A stretch of 64,000 bases of DNA, taken from the NCBI GenBank assembly GCA_963764165.1, contig CAVXRD010000001.1:1216001-1280000 (forward strand). The letters are read 5' to 3'. Made by a program: the position numbers and the translations under genes. This stretch comes from an uncultured Verrucomicrobiae bacterium (lineage in GTDB: Bacteria > Verrucomicrobiota > Verrucomicrobiia > Limisphaerales > Palsa-1400). Under the pieces are notes generated by a model. The model searched no databases. It had not been told where the DNA came from and worked only from the letters and a program-made list of their open reading frames with translations. Below, piece after piece: positions 1 through 11,243 of the stretch. How positions within the stretch are numbered: the stretch's first letter is position 1; the number at the start of each line of letters is the position of its first letter.

Positions 1-518
1 TCCACGGCAACGTCCAAAACATCCAGGAAAAAGGAAAACTAGTTTCTCTCGCGACCAGCTCAGACCGCACGCTGTTCTTCGATTTCCTGCCAATGGAGGC
101 CATGGCCATCAAGGGTTACAAAACGAAATTTCAACTTTACACCGTTCCGGGACAGGTCATTTATAACACGACCCGCCAATTGGTCTTGCGCGGTGTCGAT
201 GGCATCGTTTTTGTGGCGGATTCGCAATACGAAAAAATGACCGAGAACGTCGAGAGTTTTCAAAATCTTGAGGACAACCTCAAGTCGCTGAAGCTCAACT
301 TCGCCGATATTCCGTACGTGCTGCAATACAACAAGCGCGACCTGCCCAATGCCGCGCCGACCGACTACATGGATTTCCTCCTCAACAACCGCGAGGTGCA
401 GGTGCCATCCTTTCCAGCCGTCGCGTCGAAATGCGACGGAGTGTTCGAGTCGTTGAACATGATCACGCGCCTGCTGCTGAACAAATACATCAACGAAGGG
501 GCGCGCAAGACGGCCTGA
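1..518 (+). CDS. mglA: MglA-family small GTPase (5' end outside window)
   Basis: Frame reads GKLVSLATSSDRTLFFDFLP...LYTVPGQV...LVLRGVDGIVFVADSQ...QYNKRDLP, all MglA motifs. Confidence 0.93.
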   Translation, partial: HGNVQNIQEKGKLVSLATSSDRTLFFDFLPMEAMAIKGYKTKFQLYTVPGQVIYNTTRQLVLRGVDGIVFVADSQYEKMTENVESFQNLEDNLKSLKLNFADIPYVLQYNKRDLPNAAPTDYMDFLLNNREVQVPSFPAVASKCDGVFESLNMITRLLLNKYINEGARKTA

Positions 519-528
519 TCGCTGCGCT

Positions 529-1008
529 ATGCCGGGCATCCCTCCGCTCATCGAGGAAGATTTGCTTTTGCTGGATTCCGCGCTCGCGGAATTGCTGCAA
601 AAAAGCGAGTCGGCGGTCGCCATGGTGGTTGACCAGGGCGGACCAATCATTCATCAGCGCGGCGACACAGATAAATTCGACACCGTCACGATTGCCGCTC
701 TGGCCGCCGGTTCCATCGCCGCGACCCAAGCCATCGCCGAGCGACTTGGCGAAACAAATTTCCGGAGCGTTTACCAGCAAGGCGAGCGCTTCAGCATGCT
801 CTTCTCCGTGATCGATCAAAACGCCGTGCTGGCCATCATCTTCAAGGCGGAACTAAGCGCGGGCGCTGTCAAGTATTTCGCGGCGCAGACCGGCGCGCGC
901 ATCGCGGAACAATTCCGCCGCGCCCAGGAACGGGCGCCAGGCCAGGGACTGGATCTGGTTTCGGAAAACGTGTTGGATGTTTCCGCCGTTTTTCGAAAGC
1001 AGGGATAA
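529..1008 (+). CDS. Roadblock/LC7 domain protein (MglB-like GAP)
   Basis: VVDQGGPII...TIAALAAGSIAATQAIAERLGETNF..YQQGE pattern; adjacent to mglA. Confidence 0.85.
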   Translation: MPGIPPLIEEDLLLLDSALAELLQKSESAVAMVVDQGGPIIHQRGDTDKFDTVTIAALAAGSIAATQAIAERLGETNFRSVYQQGERFSMLFSVIDQNAVLAIIFKAELSAGAVKYFAAQTGARIAEQFRRAQERAPGQGLDLVSENVLDVSAVFRKQG

Positions 1009-1286
1009 TAGAATTTAAACAGGAGAAAGACAGAGGACGCGGAGCTGAAAAAAATCATCGTTGAGCAAAAACGGCATTTTTCTCTGTTCTCTCGGTTTCC
1101 TCCTGTTTGACTTTAGGCCGCGCGGCCCCGTAGCGCCGCCGGCGCGGCATCGTTGTAGAAACCGGCTGAAAACACACCCAAGCTCCGGCAGCGGCATCGT
1201 CCGCGAATTGCAAATCGGGAGACGCGAAACGCGCGGTTTTATCATGCGAACCCGCAATGAGGCCAGGTTTGGAACATGTCCGCTCA

Positions 1287-1340
1287 GGGCAGACGCATCT
1301 AAATTCCGTGGTGGATTACAAGAATTAAGATGCGTCTGCC
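1287..1340. repeat. Short inverted-repeat element (GGCAGACGCATCT(T/A)AATTC ends)
   Basis: gggcagacgcatctaaattc at 1287-1306 and gaattaagatgcgtctgcc at 1322-1340; same ends at 37265/37579 and one end at 3721. Confidence 0.75.
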
Positions 1341-1394
1341 TGGCCTAGCGGGAGATCATGCCGGGCTGACATTTGATCTTGCGCGGACGCCCGG

Positions 1395-2783
1395 TCAGGG
1401 CGTCAGCGTGGCCCGATAAAAGCGGGCGGGAAAATTGGGACTTAGCGTGTCGGTAAACATGAGCGTCCCGCCGCCCAGCGAATTGGTGAGCAGCGCCGTC
1501 CAGTTTTGCAGATCCGGGCTGGCGAAGATAACCGCATTGGAACCGATTGGACCTGTCAGAGTCGAAACGAACTGATGGCTTGAGAAAATCGAGTTGGTAA
1601 AAACCAGGTTTATGGGAGGACGAGTTGCCGACCAGCCTTTTCGAATCGTGTCGTTGTAAACGTCCCCCACGTAGAGGTTGCCCTGGCTATCCACCGCCAC
1701 GCCTTCCGGGCTGTCGAACCGCGCTGCGCTGCCGGTTCCGTCCGCGCTGCCGAAGCCGCCGTTTCCCGCCAGGCCTGCCAGCGTGGTCACGACCCCGTTT
1801 GAACTCACGCGCCGGATGGTATTGTTGTAAAAATCTCCCACGTAAACATAGCCCTTGCTGTCCACCGCCACGCCAATTGGATTCTCGAATTCCGCCGCCG
1901 TGCCGGTTCCATCTATGCTGCCGCTGTAGCCCGCCTTGCCCGCCAGGGTGCTTACCGTGCCACCGGGCGTCACTTTCCGAATCATGTCATTGTATGCGTC
2001 CGCCACATAGAGGTTGCCGGCGCTGTCGATCGCAATGCCAAAGGGATAACTAAATCGCGCCACGTTGCTGGCCCCGTTCGCGCTGCCGCTGTAGCCCGCC
2101 TTCCCCGCAAATGTGGTGACGACGCCGGCGGACGTCACTTTTCGGATGGTATCGTTGAGGGTGTCCGCCACATAAACATTGCCTGCGCGGTCCACCGCCA
2201 CGCCAAATGGATTGTAAAACTGCGCCGCGCTGCCCGTCCCGTCACTGCTGCCTTGGCTGCCCCCAGCCAACGTGGTTACCACCCCGGCTGGAGACACCAC
2301 CCGAATGGCGCAGTTGCCTTGATCCGCCACATAGACGTTCCCTGCGCTGTCCACCGCCACTCCGGATGGACTGAAGAACTGCGCGCCGCTATTGGTGCCA
2401 TCCGCGCTGCCTTCGATCCCGGGCTGGCCCGCGAGCGTTGTTACCACCCCATCTGGAGTGATTTTCCGAATTGTGTTGTTGAACCTGTCCGACACGTAAA
2501 CGTTGGCCGAGCTGTCCACCGCCACGCCAGACGGATAGTAGAATTGCGCCGCGCTGCCTGTCCCGTCATTGGTGCCCTGGCCATCCGTGGCATCCCCTGC
2601 GAAAGTGGTGAAGATGTAGGGTGTGTAGGTGCTCTGGGCGCGGGCGCAGCACGCCGCCATCAGCAGCAGGCAAGCCCAAGCTCGCACGACCGCGGCCAGC
2701 CGCAAGGAGCGTTTCGAGTTCCGAGCAAAGGAAATTGCTTGTTGTTGGATCGCTTGAGCAACGGGGTATTTGGGCGCGTTCAC
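1395..2783 (-). CDS. Secreted NHL-repeat (beta-propeller) protein
   Basis: Six repeats of F..P.GVAVDS.GNVYVAD..N.TIRKIT..GVVTTLAG; signal peptide ending ARAQ; C-terminal ASPDLQNW...FTD...RFYR domain. Confidence 0.92.
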   Translation of the reverse strand: MNAPKYPVAQAIQQQAISFARNSKRSLRLAAVVRAWACLLLMAACCARAQSTYTPYIFTTFAGDATDGQGTNDGTGSAAQFYYPSGVAVDSSANVYVSDRFNNTIRKITPDGVVTTLAGQPGIEGSADGTNSGAQFFSPSGVAVDSAGNVYVADQGNCAIRVVSPAGVVTTLAGGSQGSSDGTGSAAQFYNPFGVAVDRAGNVYVADTLNDTIRKVTSAGVVTTFAGKAGYSGSANGASNVARFSYPFGIAIDSAGNLYVADAYNDMIRKVTPGGTVSTLAGKAGYSGSIDGTGTAAEFENPIGVAVDSKGYVYVGDFYNNTIRRVSSNGVVTTLAGLAGNGGFGSADGTGSAARFDSPEGVAVDSQGNLYVGDVYNDTIRKGWSATRPPINLVFTNSIFSSHQFVSTLTGPIGSNAVIFASPDLQNWTALLTNSLGGGTLMFTDTLSPNFPARFYRATLTP

Positions 2784-2943
2784 AGTTCCTGTTTTCTTGG
2801 TTTAATGGTTCGACCGCCGACAGTCCTGCTGGCATCTGTCCGTGAGTTATGGTTTTTGCTGATCGGATGCCGGTTTGACCAAAACCTTTCTGCACTAGGT
2901 GCACAAGGGAACGCAAGGAGAATTGAGCAAATATCCAAACCTC

Positions 2944-3127
2944 GGGTGTGATTGAAAATGGGTGATGGACGCAGGCCGAAAGGCGGAGCGCGGCTGTGTC
3001 GAAGACCAGCCGCAGCAACGTGGAATTAGCCGGCGCGCCCGGCACTGCGACGCGCTGCGGCTGGTCTTCGACACAGCCGCGCTCCGCTCAAAGCGAAATC
3101 ACGCCTCACCCGCTTTCAATCACCCCT
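2944..3127. mobile_element. MITE with 22-bp terminal inverted repeats and 9-bp target duplication, internal REP-like palindrome
   Basis: Ends gggtgtgattgaaaatgggtga / tcacccgctttcaatcacccct; direct repeat ccaaacctc at 2935-2943 and 3128-3136. Confidence 0.85.
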
Positions 3128-3736
3128 CCAAACCTCGGTTCCCATCGCAGCGAGCTGCCGTCTTGGTTGTAGTCAGGCGCAAATCACTCACCAAATTGCG
3201 ACAAGATGAATCTTTCAATGGTCGCATCCACAAAGAAACCCGCGTCCCCGCATGACCGATTGTGGGCTCACGTATCAGACATTCCAGTTCTCGTGTTTTC
3301 ATGTCCTCCTTGTGTTGGGTATCCTTGAACAAGGCAAGAACAAAAGACTGATCAAAATTACTCCCGGTGCAGGACAAAATTCTTCTGCCGCTGTGGTGGC
3401 GGAGGCGTCTCGCCTCTGCCACCAAATTCAGCGGCGGGACGCCGCTGCCACTCTTTTCGTGAAGAATTTTGTCCTGCGCCCAATTACTCCACACCTTCTT
3501 TGACCAAATCGCCTTCGGGGCATCGTTGGCCGAAAAAATCTGCCATTCGGAAAGCGGGAGATTCGGGAAGTACCTGCGAAAGAGGCGACGCAATTTCGGC
3601 GAAGCCGTGGCACTTAATCCAACGTCCACTATGTTTCAAAACGGCTGCGGCTGGTCTTCGACACACGTATCTCCGTTCAAACCACTTCAAAACCAACCGT
3701 TGGCGCGATTGATCGTGGCGGAATTAAGATGCGTCT

Positions 3737-3908
3737 GGGTGCGATTAGAAGTGGGTGATGCGCCCGGAGCGCGGCTGTGTCGAAGACCAGCCGCTGCAAC
3801 GTGGAATTAACCGGCGCGCCCGGCACTGCGACACGCTGCGGCTGGTCTTCGACACAGCCGCGCTCCGCTCAAAGCGGAATCACGCCTCACCCGTTTTCAA
3901 TCACACCC
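3737..3908. mobile_element. Second copy of the same MITE
   Basis: Ends gggtgcgattagaagtgggtga / tcacccgttttcaatcacaccc; flanks gatgcgtct (3728-3736) and gatgcgttt (3909-3917); interior nearly identical to 2944-3127. Confidence 0.85.
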
Positions 3909-4046
3909 GATGCGTTTGCCCTGCCTGCTGGTTTCTTGACAATCCGCGCATCATGGGGTTAAGATTCTTGCGGTTAGCTGGCCGCGCAAGTCCCCGCAAA
4001 CTGATTGAATAAAAATCCAGTTTATCGGAATAAAGGATGTGGATAC

Positions 4047-5654
4047 ATGAGAACCAATACGCTTTACGCGGGAGAAAAGCTCCATGCTTTAGAAGCCCAT
4101 GCCATCCCTTTCACGGCGCATTTTCGAGGCACGCTCTCGCTCTTTTGTCGTCATCTGCTGATTTTATCGCTAACAGGCGGCTTGTGCATGGCCGTGTTGT
4201 TTCCGGGAACGGCCGCAGCGCAGATCCAGCTTGCATGGGTTGCCCGCTACACTAATGGCATGGTCACCGGAACCAATCAGCCCATTGGCATGGCCTTGGA
4301 CAACGCCGGCAACATCTGTGTGGCTGGTTATTCCGAGAACACCAATGGAAACCTTGGATATGTGACCATCAAATACGCGCCGAATGGCGTCCAGTTGTGG
4401 GCCGCACGCTTTGATTTGACGAACAGCGCAGAGGCCATTCCGGCCGCCCTTGCGGTGGATGCGAGCAATAACGTCGTGGTCACGGGAAATGCCGGGACAG
4501 TGAAGTATGATCCCAGCGGCAACCAGCTCTGGCTGGCGCCATATCCCGGCTCGGCGGTGGCGACGGATAGCAATGGGGAGGTGTTCGTCACTGGTTCTCC
4601 CGCCGCCTCCAACGTCGTCAAATTGAGTTCGTCCGGAAGCGAGTTGTGGGTCGCGTCGCCCAACCCGCATCCGACCGCCTGGCAGTCTGTTCTTGTGGAC
4701 ACAAAAGGGTACGCGTATGTCGCCGGAGACGTTGTGGGCTTCAATGGGGGATTTAGGGGATCAAACGACCTGCATATCCTCCAGCTAAATTCGAGCAATG
4801 GCTGGCCGGGAATGGGTGGTTCGTTAAGCCCGGGGGACCTCACAAATCCCGAGGACAATCCGCCGCAGATCGCCGGCGCCGCGCTAGACGGCTCAGGCAA
4901 CATTTACCTTGGGGCCGCCTTCGGCAGCGAGTCTCGGTATGTGTTGGAAAAGAACCAGGAATTGTCATGGCCGCAACCCAGCGGAGACTACTGGTTTACG
5001 ACCATCGCCCTCACCGTCACTACTAAAGGAACCGGCCTTGCCCTGGATAGCGCAACCAACATCCTTGTGACAGGACAGGCCCAGGACGCCTCCTCGAATC
5101 TCTGCTATGGCACGATTAAGATAAGTCCCACGGGTTTGCCCGAATGGACCAATTATTACTCGCAATCCCAGGGAGGAGAAAGCGCGCCAACGGCGCTCGT
5201 GGTGGATGCTGCCAATAGCTGCTACGTCACGGGCTATTCATCTGACAGCAACGGCATCAATGACATGGCAACGGTCAAATACAGCGCGGCTGGCCGCCAA
5301 GCCTGGTCCCAGCGCTACGCCAGTTCCGCCGGAGGGGATTCGGCGGGCGAAGCCATCGCGGCCGACAATCAGGGTAATTTATATGTGACAGGATATGAAA
5401 CGCTCTCCGGCGGAGGAACCGGGATGGTGACAATCAAGTATTCGCCGTTCACAATAGCACCCCAGCTTGATGGGGCGGTGTTGGAGCAAGTGGAAGGATC
5501 GCCAGGCGAGAACTTTGATTTTTGGGCCAGTTCGGATTTGCAAACGTGGCTGTTCCTGGGAAGCGCCGTTGCTGACACCAACGGCGTGGCGCAGTTCCTC
5601 GACACGGGCGCTTCCAACTTTCCCGCGCGGTTTTATCATACGAACCCGCAATGA
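4047..5654 (+). CDS. Secreted SBBP-type beta-propeller repeat protein
   Basis: Repeats of ALAVD..GN.YVTG.S......TIKY...G.QLW; signal-like segment ending AAAQ; C-terminal ASSDLQTW...FLDT..NFPARFY domain. Start uncertain. Confidence 0.85.
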   Translation: MRTNTLYAGEKLHALEAHAIPFTAHFRGTLSLFCRHLLILSLTGGLCMAVLFPGTAAAQIQLAWVARYTNGMVTGTNQPIGMALDNAGNICVAGYSENTNGNLGYVTIKYAPNGVQLWAARFDLTNSAEAIPAALAVDASNNVVVTGNAGTVKYDPSGNQLWLAPYPGSAVATDSNGEVFVTGSPAASNVVKLSSSGSELWVASPNPHPTAWQSVLVDTKGYAYVAGDVVGFNGGFRGSNDLHILQLNSSNGWPGMGGSLSPGDLTNPEDNPPQIAGAALDGSGNIYLGAAFGSESRYVLEKNQELSWPQPSGDYWFTTIALTVTTKGTGLALDSATNILVTGQAQDASSNLCYGTIKISPTGLPEWTNYYSQSQGGESAPTALVVDAANSCYVTGYSSDSNGINDMATVKYSAAGRQAWSQRYASSAGGDSAGEAIAADNQGNLYVTGYETLSGGGTGMVTIKYSPFTIAPQLDGAVLEQVEGSPGENFDFWASSDLQTWLFLGSAVADTNGVAQFLDTGASNFPARFYHTNPQ

Positions 5655-5677
5655 GGCCAGACTTGGAAAAGTCTCCA

Positions 5678-6346
5678 CTACGGCGCTGAAACAGCCGGTT
5701 CCATGCCTCGCTTGGATACCGCATAGCGCGTCAGCCCGGCCACATCGTGGATGTTGAGCTTGTTCATCACTTGCTGCCGATGCTTCTCAATTGTCTTGAT
5801 GCTGATTCCCAGTTCCGCGGCGGCCTGCTTGTTGGCCCGCCCATCGGCGATCAACTGAAGCACCTGCGCCTCGCGGGCCGTCAAATTCATGTTTTTGCGG
5901 TGAGCCCTTCCGTCATCAAAGGCTCGCCGGGCGCGCTCCCTTTGGCGTTTTACGATGGACGGGCTGAAAAACGCATTCCCTTTATGGATCTCTCGAATCG
6001 CAAGCTGCAAATCGGTCGCGGCAGTCGCTTTGAGGAGATAACCAGCGGCGCCAGCATCGATGAGCTGCTGGACGTGATCATCTTCGCCGTAGGAACTGAG
6101 AACCAGCACCTTGGTCGAGGAAAGGGTCTTCAGCACTTGGCGGGTCGCGTCCAATCCGTTCATAAATGGCATGGCCACATCCATGATGACGATGTCGGGC
6201 TTTGTTTTGGCTGCCATTTCCACCGCTTGATTTCCATTCTCGGCCTCGCCGACGACTTCAATGCCGGCGTCCTGGGTCAGCAGGGCTTTGAGTCCCTGCC
6301 TTACGATCGTGTGGTCATCAACGAGCAATACTGAAATTTTTTTCAT
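5678..6346 (-). CDS. NarL/FixJ-family response regulator (REC + LuxR HTH)
   Basis: VLLVDDH...PDIVIMDVAMPFMNG...LTAREAQVLQLIADG..NKQ.A.EL.IS.KT.EKHR. Confidence 0.95.
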   Translation of the reverse strand: MKKISVLLVDDHTIVRQGLKALLTQDAGIEVVGEAENGNQAVEMAAKTKPDIVIMDVAMPFMNGLDATRQVLKTLSSTKVLVLSSYGEDDHVQQLIDAGAAGYLLKATAATDLQLAIREIHKGNAFFSPSIVKRQRERARRAFDDGRAHRKNMNLTAREAQVLQLIADGRANKQAAAELGISIKTIEKHRQQVMNKLNIHDVAGLTRYAVSKRGMEPAVSAP

Positions 6347-6587
6347 AGTCAGTTTTAACTGACTGACAGCTTGACATGAGAAACAGCGATCACAATCAGG
6401 GTGGTTCCTTTCCGTTAGGTAGAGGAAAGCAGTATGACAAAAATTAACTTCTTCTTAACAATTTTGCTGTTCCCCGCGAATCATCGCTTAACACGAGTGG
6501 TGTCTATTCTTGCATATGAGAGGCGAAGACAAGAACAGCGCGGCCAGTTGGCCGCCGGGTCTTCGACTCAGCAGAACGATAGACATT

Positions 6588-7247
6588 ATGAAAAAAACAT
6601 CATTGATCGCAGGAGCCACCGTGCTGCCGGCCGCCGGTGGATTTGCGCTCGGATTTAATTTCGGCGCAAAAATGATTGCCGCCCTCCTCCTTTTCGCGGC
6701 TTGGGCCGCTCACGCGCAGCCATCCGGTCCGCCCCCAGACGGAGACGGCCCGCCCCCGTTCGATGGCACGAACGAGCCGCCACCCGGCGGCCCGCACCGC
6801 CACCCGATGCCCGCCATCGTCAAAGCCCTTGACGCCAACGGCGACGGCACGATTGACGCCTCCGAAATTGCCAATGCCGTGGCCGCGCTGAAAAAGCTCG
6901 ATAAGAATGGGGATGGACAATTGACCGTCGACGAATATATCGGCTCGTTCGCCACCAACACGCCGCCGCAAGGCGCCGGCCATCGCCGCCCGCCTGTCCC
7001 TGCCATCGTGAAAGCGCTTGACGTCAATGGCGACGGTATTATTGACGCATCGGAAATTGCAAACGCTCCGAAAGCGCTGCTGACGCTCGATAAAAACGGC
7101 GATGGGCAGTTGACTCCCGACGAATATCGCCCCGGCCCGCCCCACGGCGGCGGTGGTGGTTTTGGCGGGGGCTCCGGTGGCCCTCCTCCCGGTGAAGGCC
7201 CGATGGACGGCCCGCCCCCCGGCGATGGCCCACCGCCGCAGGAATAA
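6588..7247 (+). CDS. Secreted EF-hand protein with Pro/Gly-rich linkers
   Basis: Four EF-hand loops ([48 protein letters not shown]). Confidence 0.88.
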   Translation: MKKTSLIAGATVLPAAGGFALGFNFGAKMIAALLLFAAWAAHAQPSGPPPDGDGPPPFDGTNEPPPGGPHRHPMPAIVKALDANGDGTIDASEIANAVAALKKLDKNGDGQLTVDEYIGSFATNTPPQGAGHRRPPVPAIVKALDVNGDGIIDASEIANAPKALLTLDKNGDGQLTPDEYRPGPPHGGGGGFGGGSGGPPPGEGPMDGPPPGDGPPPQE

Positions 7248-7322
7248 CGGATTCGGTTAAGTGGAGTGGCGCAACACGGCGGGTTCGAGAAATCGGTCCT
7301 GCCGATTTGCACTCAATGAATT

Positions 7323-7562
7323 CTACTCAACGGGTGCGAGTTGCAGATCTTCCAGGCGAATAATATGAAGAATAGCGCACTCTACGAATCGTTCGCCAAT
7401 TTGGTCTGCGTCCAAGTCGGTTCCAATCAAGACCGAGCCGCGTTTTACGAACATCATATCGTGGTTCGTAATATTGAAACTTGCGCCATCGGTCATCCAA
7501 ATGCGAAACGGTCGAAACGGTTTCGCATCCATCCTTTCCTTCAATTGCCGCGCCGTTATCAT
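7323..7562 (-). CDS. Small hypothetical protein (PF.PF.I.M.DG motif)
   Basis: 79 aa ORF directly downstream of clpC; KPFRPFRIWMTDG resembles a small family common in PVC bacteria. Confidence 0.7.
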   Translation of the reverse strand: MITARQLKERMDAKPFRPFRIWMTDGASFNITNHDMMFVKRGSVLIGTDLDADQIGERFVECAILHIIRLEDLQLAPVE

Positions 7563-7589
7563 GGATCGCGTCTCGTGAACCGTGGTCTC

Positions 7590-10109
7590 TTACCCCGCCG
7601 TTGGCGAGGTGGCCGGCGTGTCGGTGGCCTTCTGCTTGAAGACGATCTTGTCGCCTTCGACGGTCGCGGTCATGGGCTCGTTCGGAATTAGGCTGCCTTT
7701 GAGGATTTCCTCGGCCAGCGGGTCCTCCAAATAACGCTCGACCGCGCGCCGCATCGGGCGGGCGCCGTAAGTCGGATCGTATCCTTTTTCCACCAGGAAG
7801 TCGCGGGCGGTGTTGTCGAGCGTCAAGTGCAGATTCTTCGCCTTCAAACGGCCAAGTACCTTGCCGATTTCCAAATCCAAAATCTCGAGGAGATCGGGTT
7901 TTGTTAGTGTGCGGAACACAATGACGTCGTCCAGCCGGTTGATGAATTCAGGGCGAAACGCCTTCTTGGTTTCGTCCATGATTTTTTCCTTCATCCGGTC
8001 GTAGGAATTTTCGTCCGTGACTTTTCCAAAGCCCATTTGCGTCTGGCGCTTGATCAAATCCGCGCCGACGTTTGACGTCATCAGGATGATCGTGTTGCGA
8101 AAGTTCACCACGCGGCCGACGTTGTCGGTCAATTTGCCTTCCTCCAAAATCTGGAGAAGCATGTTCATTACGTCCGGATGCGCTTTTTCGATTTCGTCGA
8201 AAAGCACGACCGAATACGGACGGCGGCGAACCTGTTCGGTCAACTGCCCGCCTTCTTCAAAACCAACGTAGCCGGGCGGCGAGCCCACCATGCGCGAAGC
8301 GTTGTGGCGCTCCATGTATTCGCTCATATCCAATTGGATGAGCGCCTTGGGGTCGCCAAACAAAATTTCCGCCAGCGTCCGGGCCAGCAACGTTTTGCCG
8401 ACACCGGTCGGCCCAAGCAGCGCGAAAGTGCCGATCGGGCGGCGCGGATCTTTCAAATCCGCGCGCGAACGGCGCAGCGCCTTGCAAAGCGCAGTCACGG
8501 CTTCCTTCTGGCCGATGATCAAGCGTGACATTTCCTGCTCCAGCGCAAGCAAACGGGCGGCTTCGCCCTCTTCCATGCGGCGCAGCGGAATTCCGGTCCA
8601 CTTGGACACGACGTGCAAAATTTCCTCTTCGCCGACTGTCACGCGTTTTTCCTCGCGGCTGGCGCGCCAGCCGGCGAGAACAGCGTCCAATTTTTCCTTG
8701 GCTTGTTTCTCCTTGTCGCGCATGGCGGCGGCGCCTTCGAAATCCTGATCCTTGATGGCGCGTTCCTTCTGCGTCTTGATCTTTTCGATCTCGATCTCGA
8801 GTTCCTTCACTTCCGGCGGGCGCGTCATGGTGCCGATGCGGGCGCGCGAGCCAGCTTCGTCCATCACGTCGATGGCCTTATCCGGCAAATAACGATCCGT
8901 GATGTAACGATCCGACATGCGAACGGCAGCCTCGACCGCTTGATCGGTGATTTCGGCTTTGTGATGCTCCTCGTATTTCGGGCGCAATCCTTTGAGGATC
9001 AAAATGGCTTCTTCCGGCGACGGCGCTTCGACTTTCACGGTCTGGAAACGGCGTTCCAGCGCGGCGTCTTTTTCAATGTATTTGCGATACTCGTTAAGCG
9101 TGGTCGCGCCGATGCATTGCATCTCGCCGCGGCTCAGAGCCGGCTTGATGATATTGGAGGCGTCCATCGTGCCTTCGGCTGAACCGGCGCCAACGATGGT
9201 GTGCAGCTCGTCAATAAACAAAATGATATTCCGCGCGCGGCGAATTTCATCCATGACCGCCTTGATGCGCTCCTCAAACTGGCCGCGATACTTCGTGCCA
9301 GCCACCATCAACGCCAAGTCCAGCGTAATGACCCGCTTCTCGCGCAAAATTTCCGGCACATTGCCGCGGGCAATTTCCTGGGCCAATCCTTCCACGATGG
9401 CCGTCTTGCCCACGCCCGCTTCACCAAGCAGGACGGGGTTGTTCTTCGTTCGGCGGCACAAAATCTGGATGACGCGCTCGATTTCGTTCTGGCGTCCGAT
9501 GACCGGATCCATTTCGCCTTTGCGGGCGATTTCCGTCAGGTCTCGGCCGAATGCCTTGAGCGCGGGCGTTTTGACTTCGCCTTTTTTTTCGGGCGTTCGT
9601 TCCGGAGCGGGTTCGGCGGCTCCGCCTGATTGCTGCTCTTCAGCGGCGGCAAACTGCGGATCGAGCTCCTTCAAAATTTCCTGGCGGGTCTGCTCAATGT
9701 CCACATCGAGATTCTTCAAGACGCGCGCGGCCACGCCATCGCCTTCGCGCAGCAAGCCCAGCAAAATGTGCTCGGTGCCGACGTAAGTGTGATTGAGATT
9801 GCGGGCTTCGCGGGCGGCCAGCGACAAAACCTTCTTGACGCGCGGCGTGTAAGGAATGTTGCCGATCATTTTCTGATCCGGCCCGGTCCCGACCTGTTTC
9901 TCGACTTCCATGCGGACGGTCTCGAGGTCGAGACCGAGTTTTTGCAGCACGTTGACGGCGACGCCCTGGCCTAATTTAATCAGGCCCAGGAGAAGATGCT
10001 CGGTGCCGACGAAATTGTGATTGAAGCGATCTGCCTCTTTGCGGGCCAGCGCCAGCACTTGCTGAGCGCGCGGCGTGAAATTTTGCATTGACGATGATTC
10101 TTCGCTCAT
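7590..10109 (-). CDS. clpC: ATP-dependent Clp protease ATP-binding subunit ClpC
   Basis: Two Clp-N repeats, two AAA+ modules ([16 protein letters not shown]), UVR coiled coil. Confidence 0.97.
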   Translation of the reverse strand: MSEESSSMQNFTPRAQQVLALARKEADRFNHNFVGTEHLLLGLIKLGQGVAVNVLQKLGLDLETVRMEVEKQVGTGPDQKMIGNIPYTPRVKKVLSLAAREARNLNHTYVGTEHILLGLLREGDGVAARVLKNLDVDIEQTRQEILKELDPQFAAAEEQQSGGAAEPAPERTPEKKGEVKTPALKAFGRDLTEIARKGEMDPVIGRQNEIERVIQILCRRTKNNPVLLGEAGVGKTAIVEGLAQEIARGNVPEILREKRVITLDLALMVAGTKYRGQFEERIKAVMDEIRRARNIILFIDELHTIVGAGSAEGTMDASNIIKPALSRGEMQCIGATTLNEYRKYIEKDAALERRFQTVKVEAPSPEEAILILKGLRPKYEEHHKAEITDQAVEAAVRMSDRYITDRYLPDKAIDVMDEAGSRARIGTMTRPPEVKELEIEIEKIKTQKERAIKDQDFEGAAAMRDKEKQAKEKLDAVLAGWRASREEKRVTVGEEEILHVVSKWTGIPLRRMEEGEAARLLALEQEMSRLIIGQKEAVTALCKALRRSRADLKDPRRPIGTFALLGPTGVGKTLLARTLAEILFGDPKALIQLDMSEYMERHNASRMVGSPPGYVGFEEGGQLTEQVRRRPYSVVLFDEIEKAHPDVMNMLLQILEEGKLTDNVGRVVNFRNTIILMTSNVGADLIKRQTQMGFGKVTDENSYDRMKEKIMDETKKAFRPEFINRLDDVIVFRTLTKPDLLEILDLEIGKVLGRLKAKNLHLTLDNTARDFLVEKGYDPTYGARPMRRAVERYLEDPLAEEILKGSLIPNEPMTATVEGDKIVFKQKATDTPATSPTAG

Positions 10110-10127
10110 ATGTAAATCCTGCTCCGG

Positions 10128-11243
10128 CTAGTTTCTTTTGTCCAGCGATCCCCCTCCAGCGCCGGGCGCTTTCGGGTTCGGACGGCTCACGTTGCGCAAA
10201 CGCTCCCGCAGCATATCCGCCCGCAGCAAATCCCGCTCCTCCGCCACCAGTTTCTCCGTAAATTGCTTTTGCAAATGGGCCGGCTGGGTGATGACAAACA
10301 ATTCGTCGATAAGAGCGCGGTCGCCCGGCGGGAATTCTCCCAGGTCCACTCCCAATCTCATCAGCGACAGCAAATTCATCGTCTCCTTGGAGGCGATGCT
10401 GTGGGCATTGGCGAGAATTCCGTAAGCACGTCCGATTTGATTATATACAATCTTCGGCTTTTTTTCCAGCAGCATGCCCCGCGCATTTTCCTCGTGCTCG
10501 ATAATTTGCAGCAAAACCTTGTTCAACCGCTCGACGATATCCGTCTCCACTTCGCCGAGGGTCATCTGGTTGGACACTTGGAAAACATTGCCCAGCGCCT
10601 CGGTGCCTTCGCCGTAAAGCCCCCGCACCGCGAGCCCCAATTTGTTGACGCTGGAAATGATTTGCGTGATCTGCTCGGCCAGGACAAGGCCTGGCAAATG
10701 CAGCATCGCGCTGACGCGGATGCCAGTGCCAAGGTTCGTCGGGCAGGCCGTCAAATAGCCGAGTTCCGGGCTGAAGGCATAATCCAGCTTGCGTTCCAAA
10801 TCGCTGTCGATGGCATCAATGGCCATCCACGCCTGGCGCAATTGCAATCCGGGCCGCAGCGCCTGCATGCGCAGATGATCTTCTTCATTGATCATCACGC
10901 AGAGCGACTCCTCCTTGTTGAGGACCAATCCGCTGCCGGCGGTTTTCGCCGCGTGCTCGCGGCTGATCAAATGGCGTTCGACGAGAATTTGCTTATCGAG
11001 TGTGCCGAGATTGTCCATCGTTTCGGAGTAAGCGCCGCTCAATTGCGGCAGGCTTTCAACCGCCGGGCGGATGATATCGAGCGATTTGATGCGCTCGTTC
11101 TTTTTCGCCCAGCCGGGGAACGCCATGCCGCGCAAATTGCGGGCGAGGCGGACGCGGCTGGACATCACGATGCGGTCGTGCGGGCCTGTGCGCCGGGCCG
11201 TTTCAACCGGCGGACATAGAAAATCGTGGATGCTGGCGCTCAT
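10128..11243 (-). CDS. mcsB: Protein arginine kinase McsB
   Basis: SSRVRLARNL, NEEDHLR, GYLTACPTNLGTG; between mcsA and clpC. Confidence 0.96.
   Translation of the reverse strand: MSASIHDFLCPPVETARRTGPHDRIVMSSRVRLARNLRGMAFPGWAKKNERIKSLDIIRPAVESLPQLSGAYSETMDNLGTLDKQILVERHLISREHAAKTAGSGLVLNKEESLCVMINEEDHLRMQALRPGLQLRQAWMAIDAIDSDLERKLDYAFSPELGYLTACPTNLGTGIRVSAMLHLPGLVLAEQITQIISSVNKLGLAVRGLYGEGTEALGNVFQVSNQMTLGEVETDIVERLNKVLLQIIEHEENARGMLLEKKPKIVYNQIGRAYGILANAHSIASKETMNLLSLMRLGVDLGEFPPGDRALIDELFVITQPAHLQKQFTEKLVAEERDLLRADMLRERLRNVSRPNPKAPGAGGGSLDKRN

Noticed and set aside
3128..3736. REP-associated tyrosine transposase between the two MITEs
   Set aside because: No HUH or catalytic Tyr motif in the ORFs; the region is a mosaic of repeat fragments.
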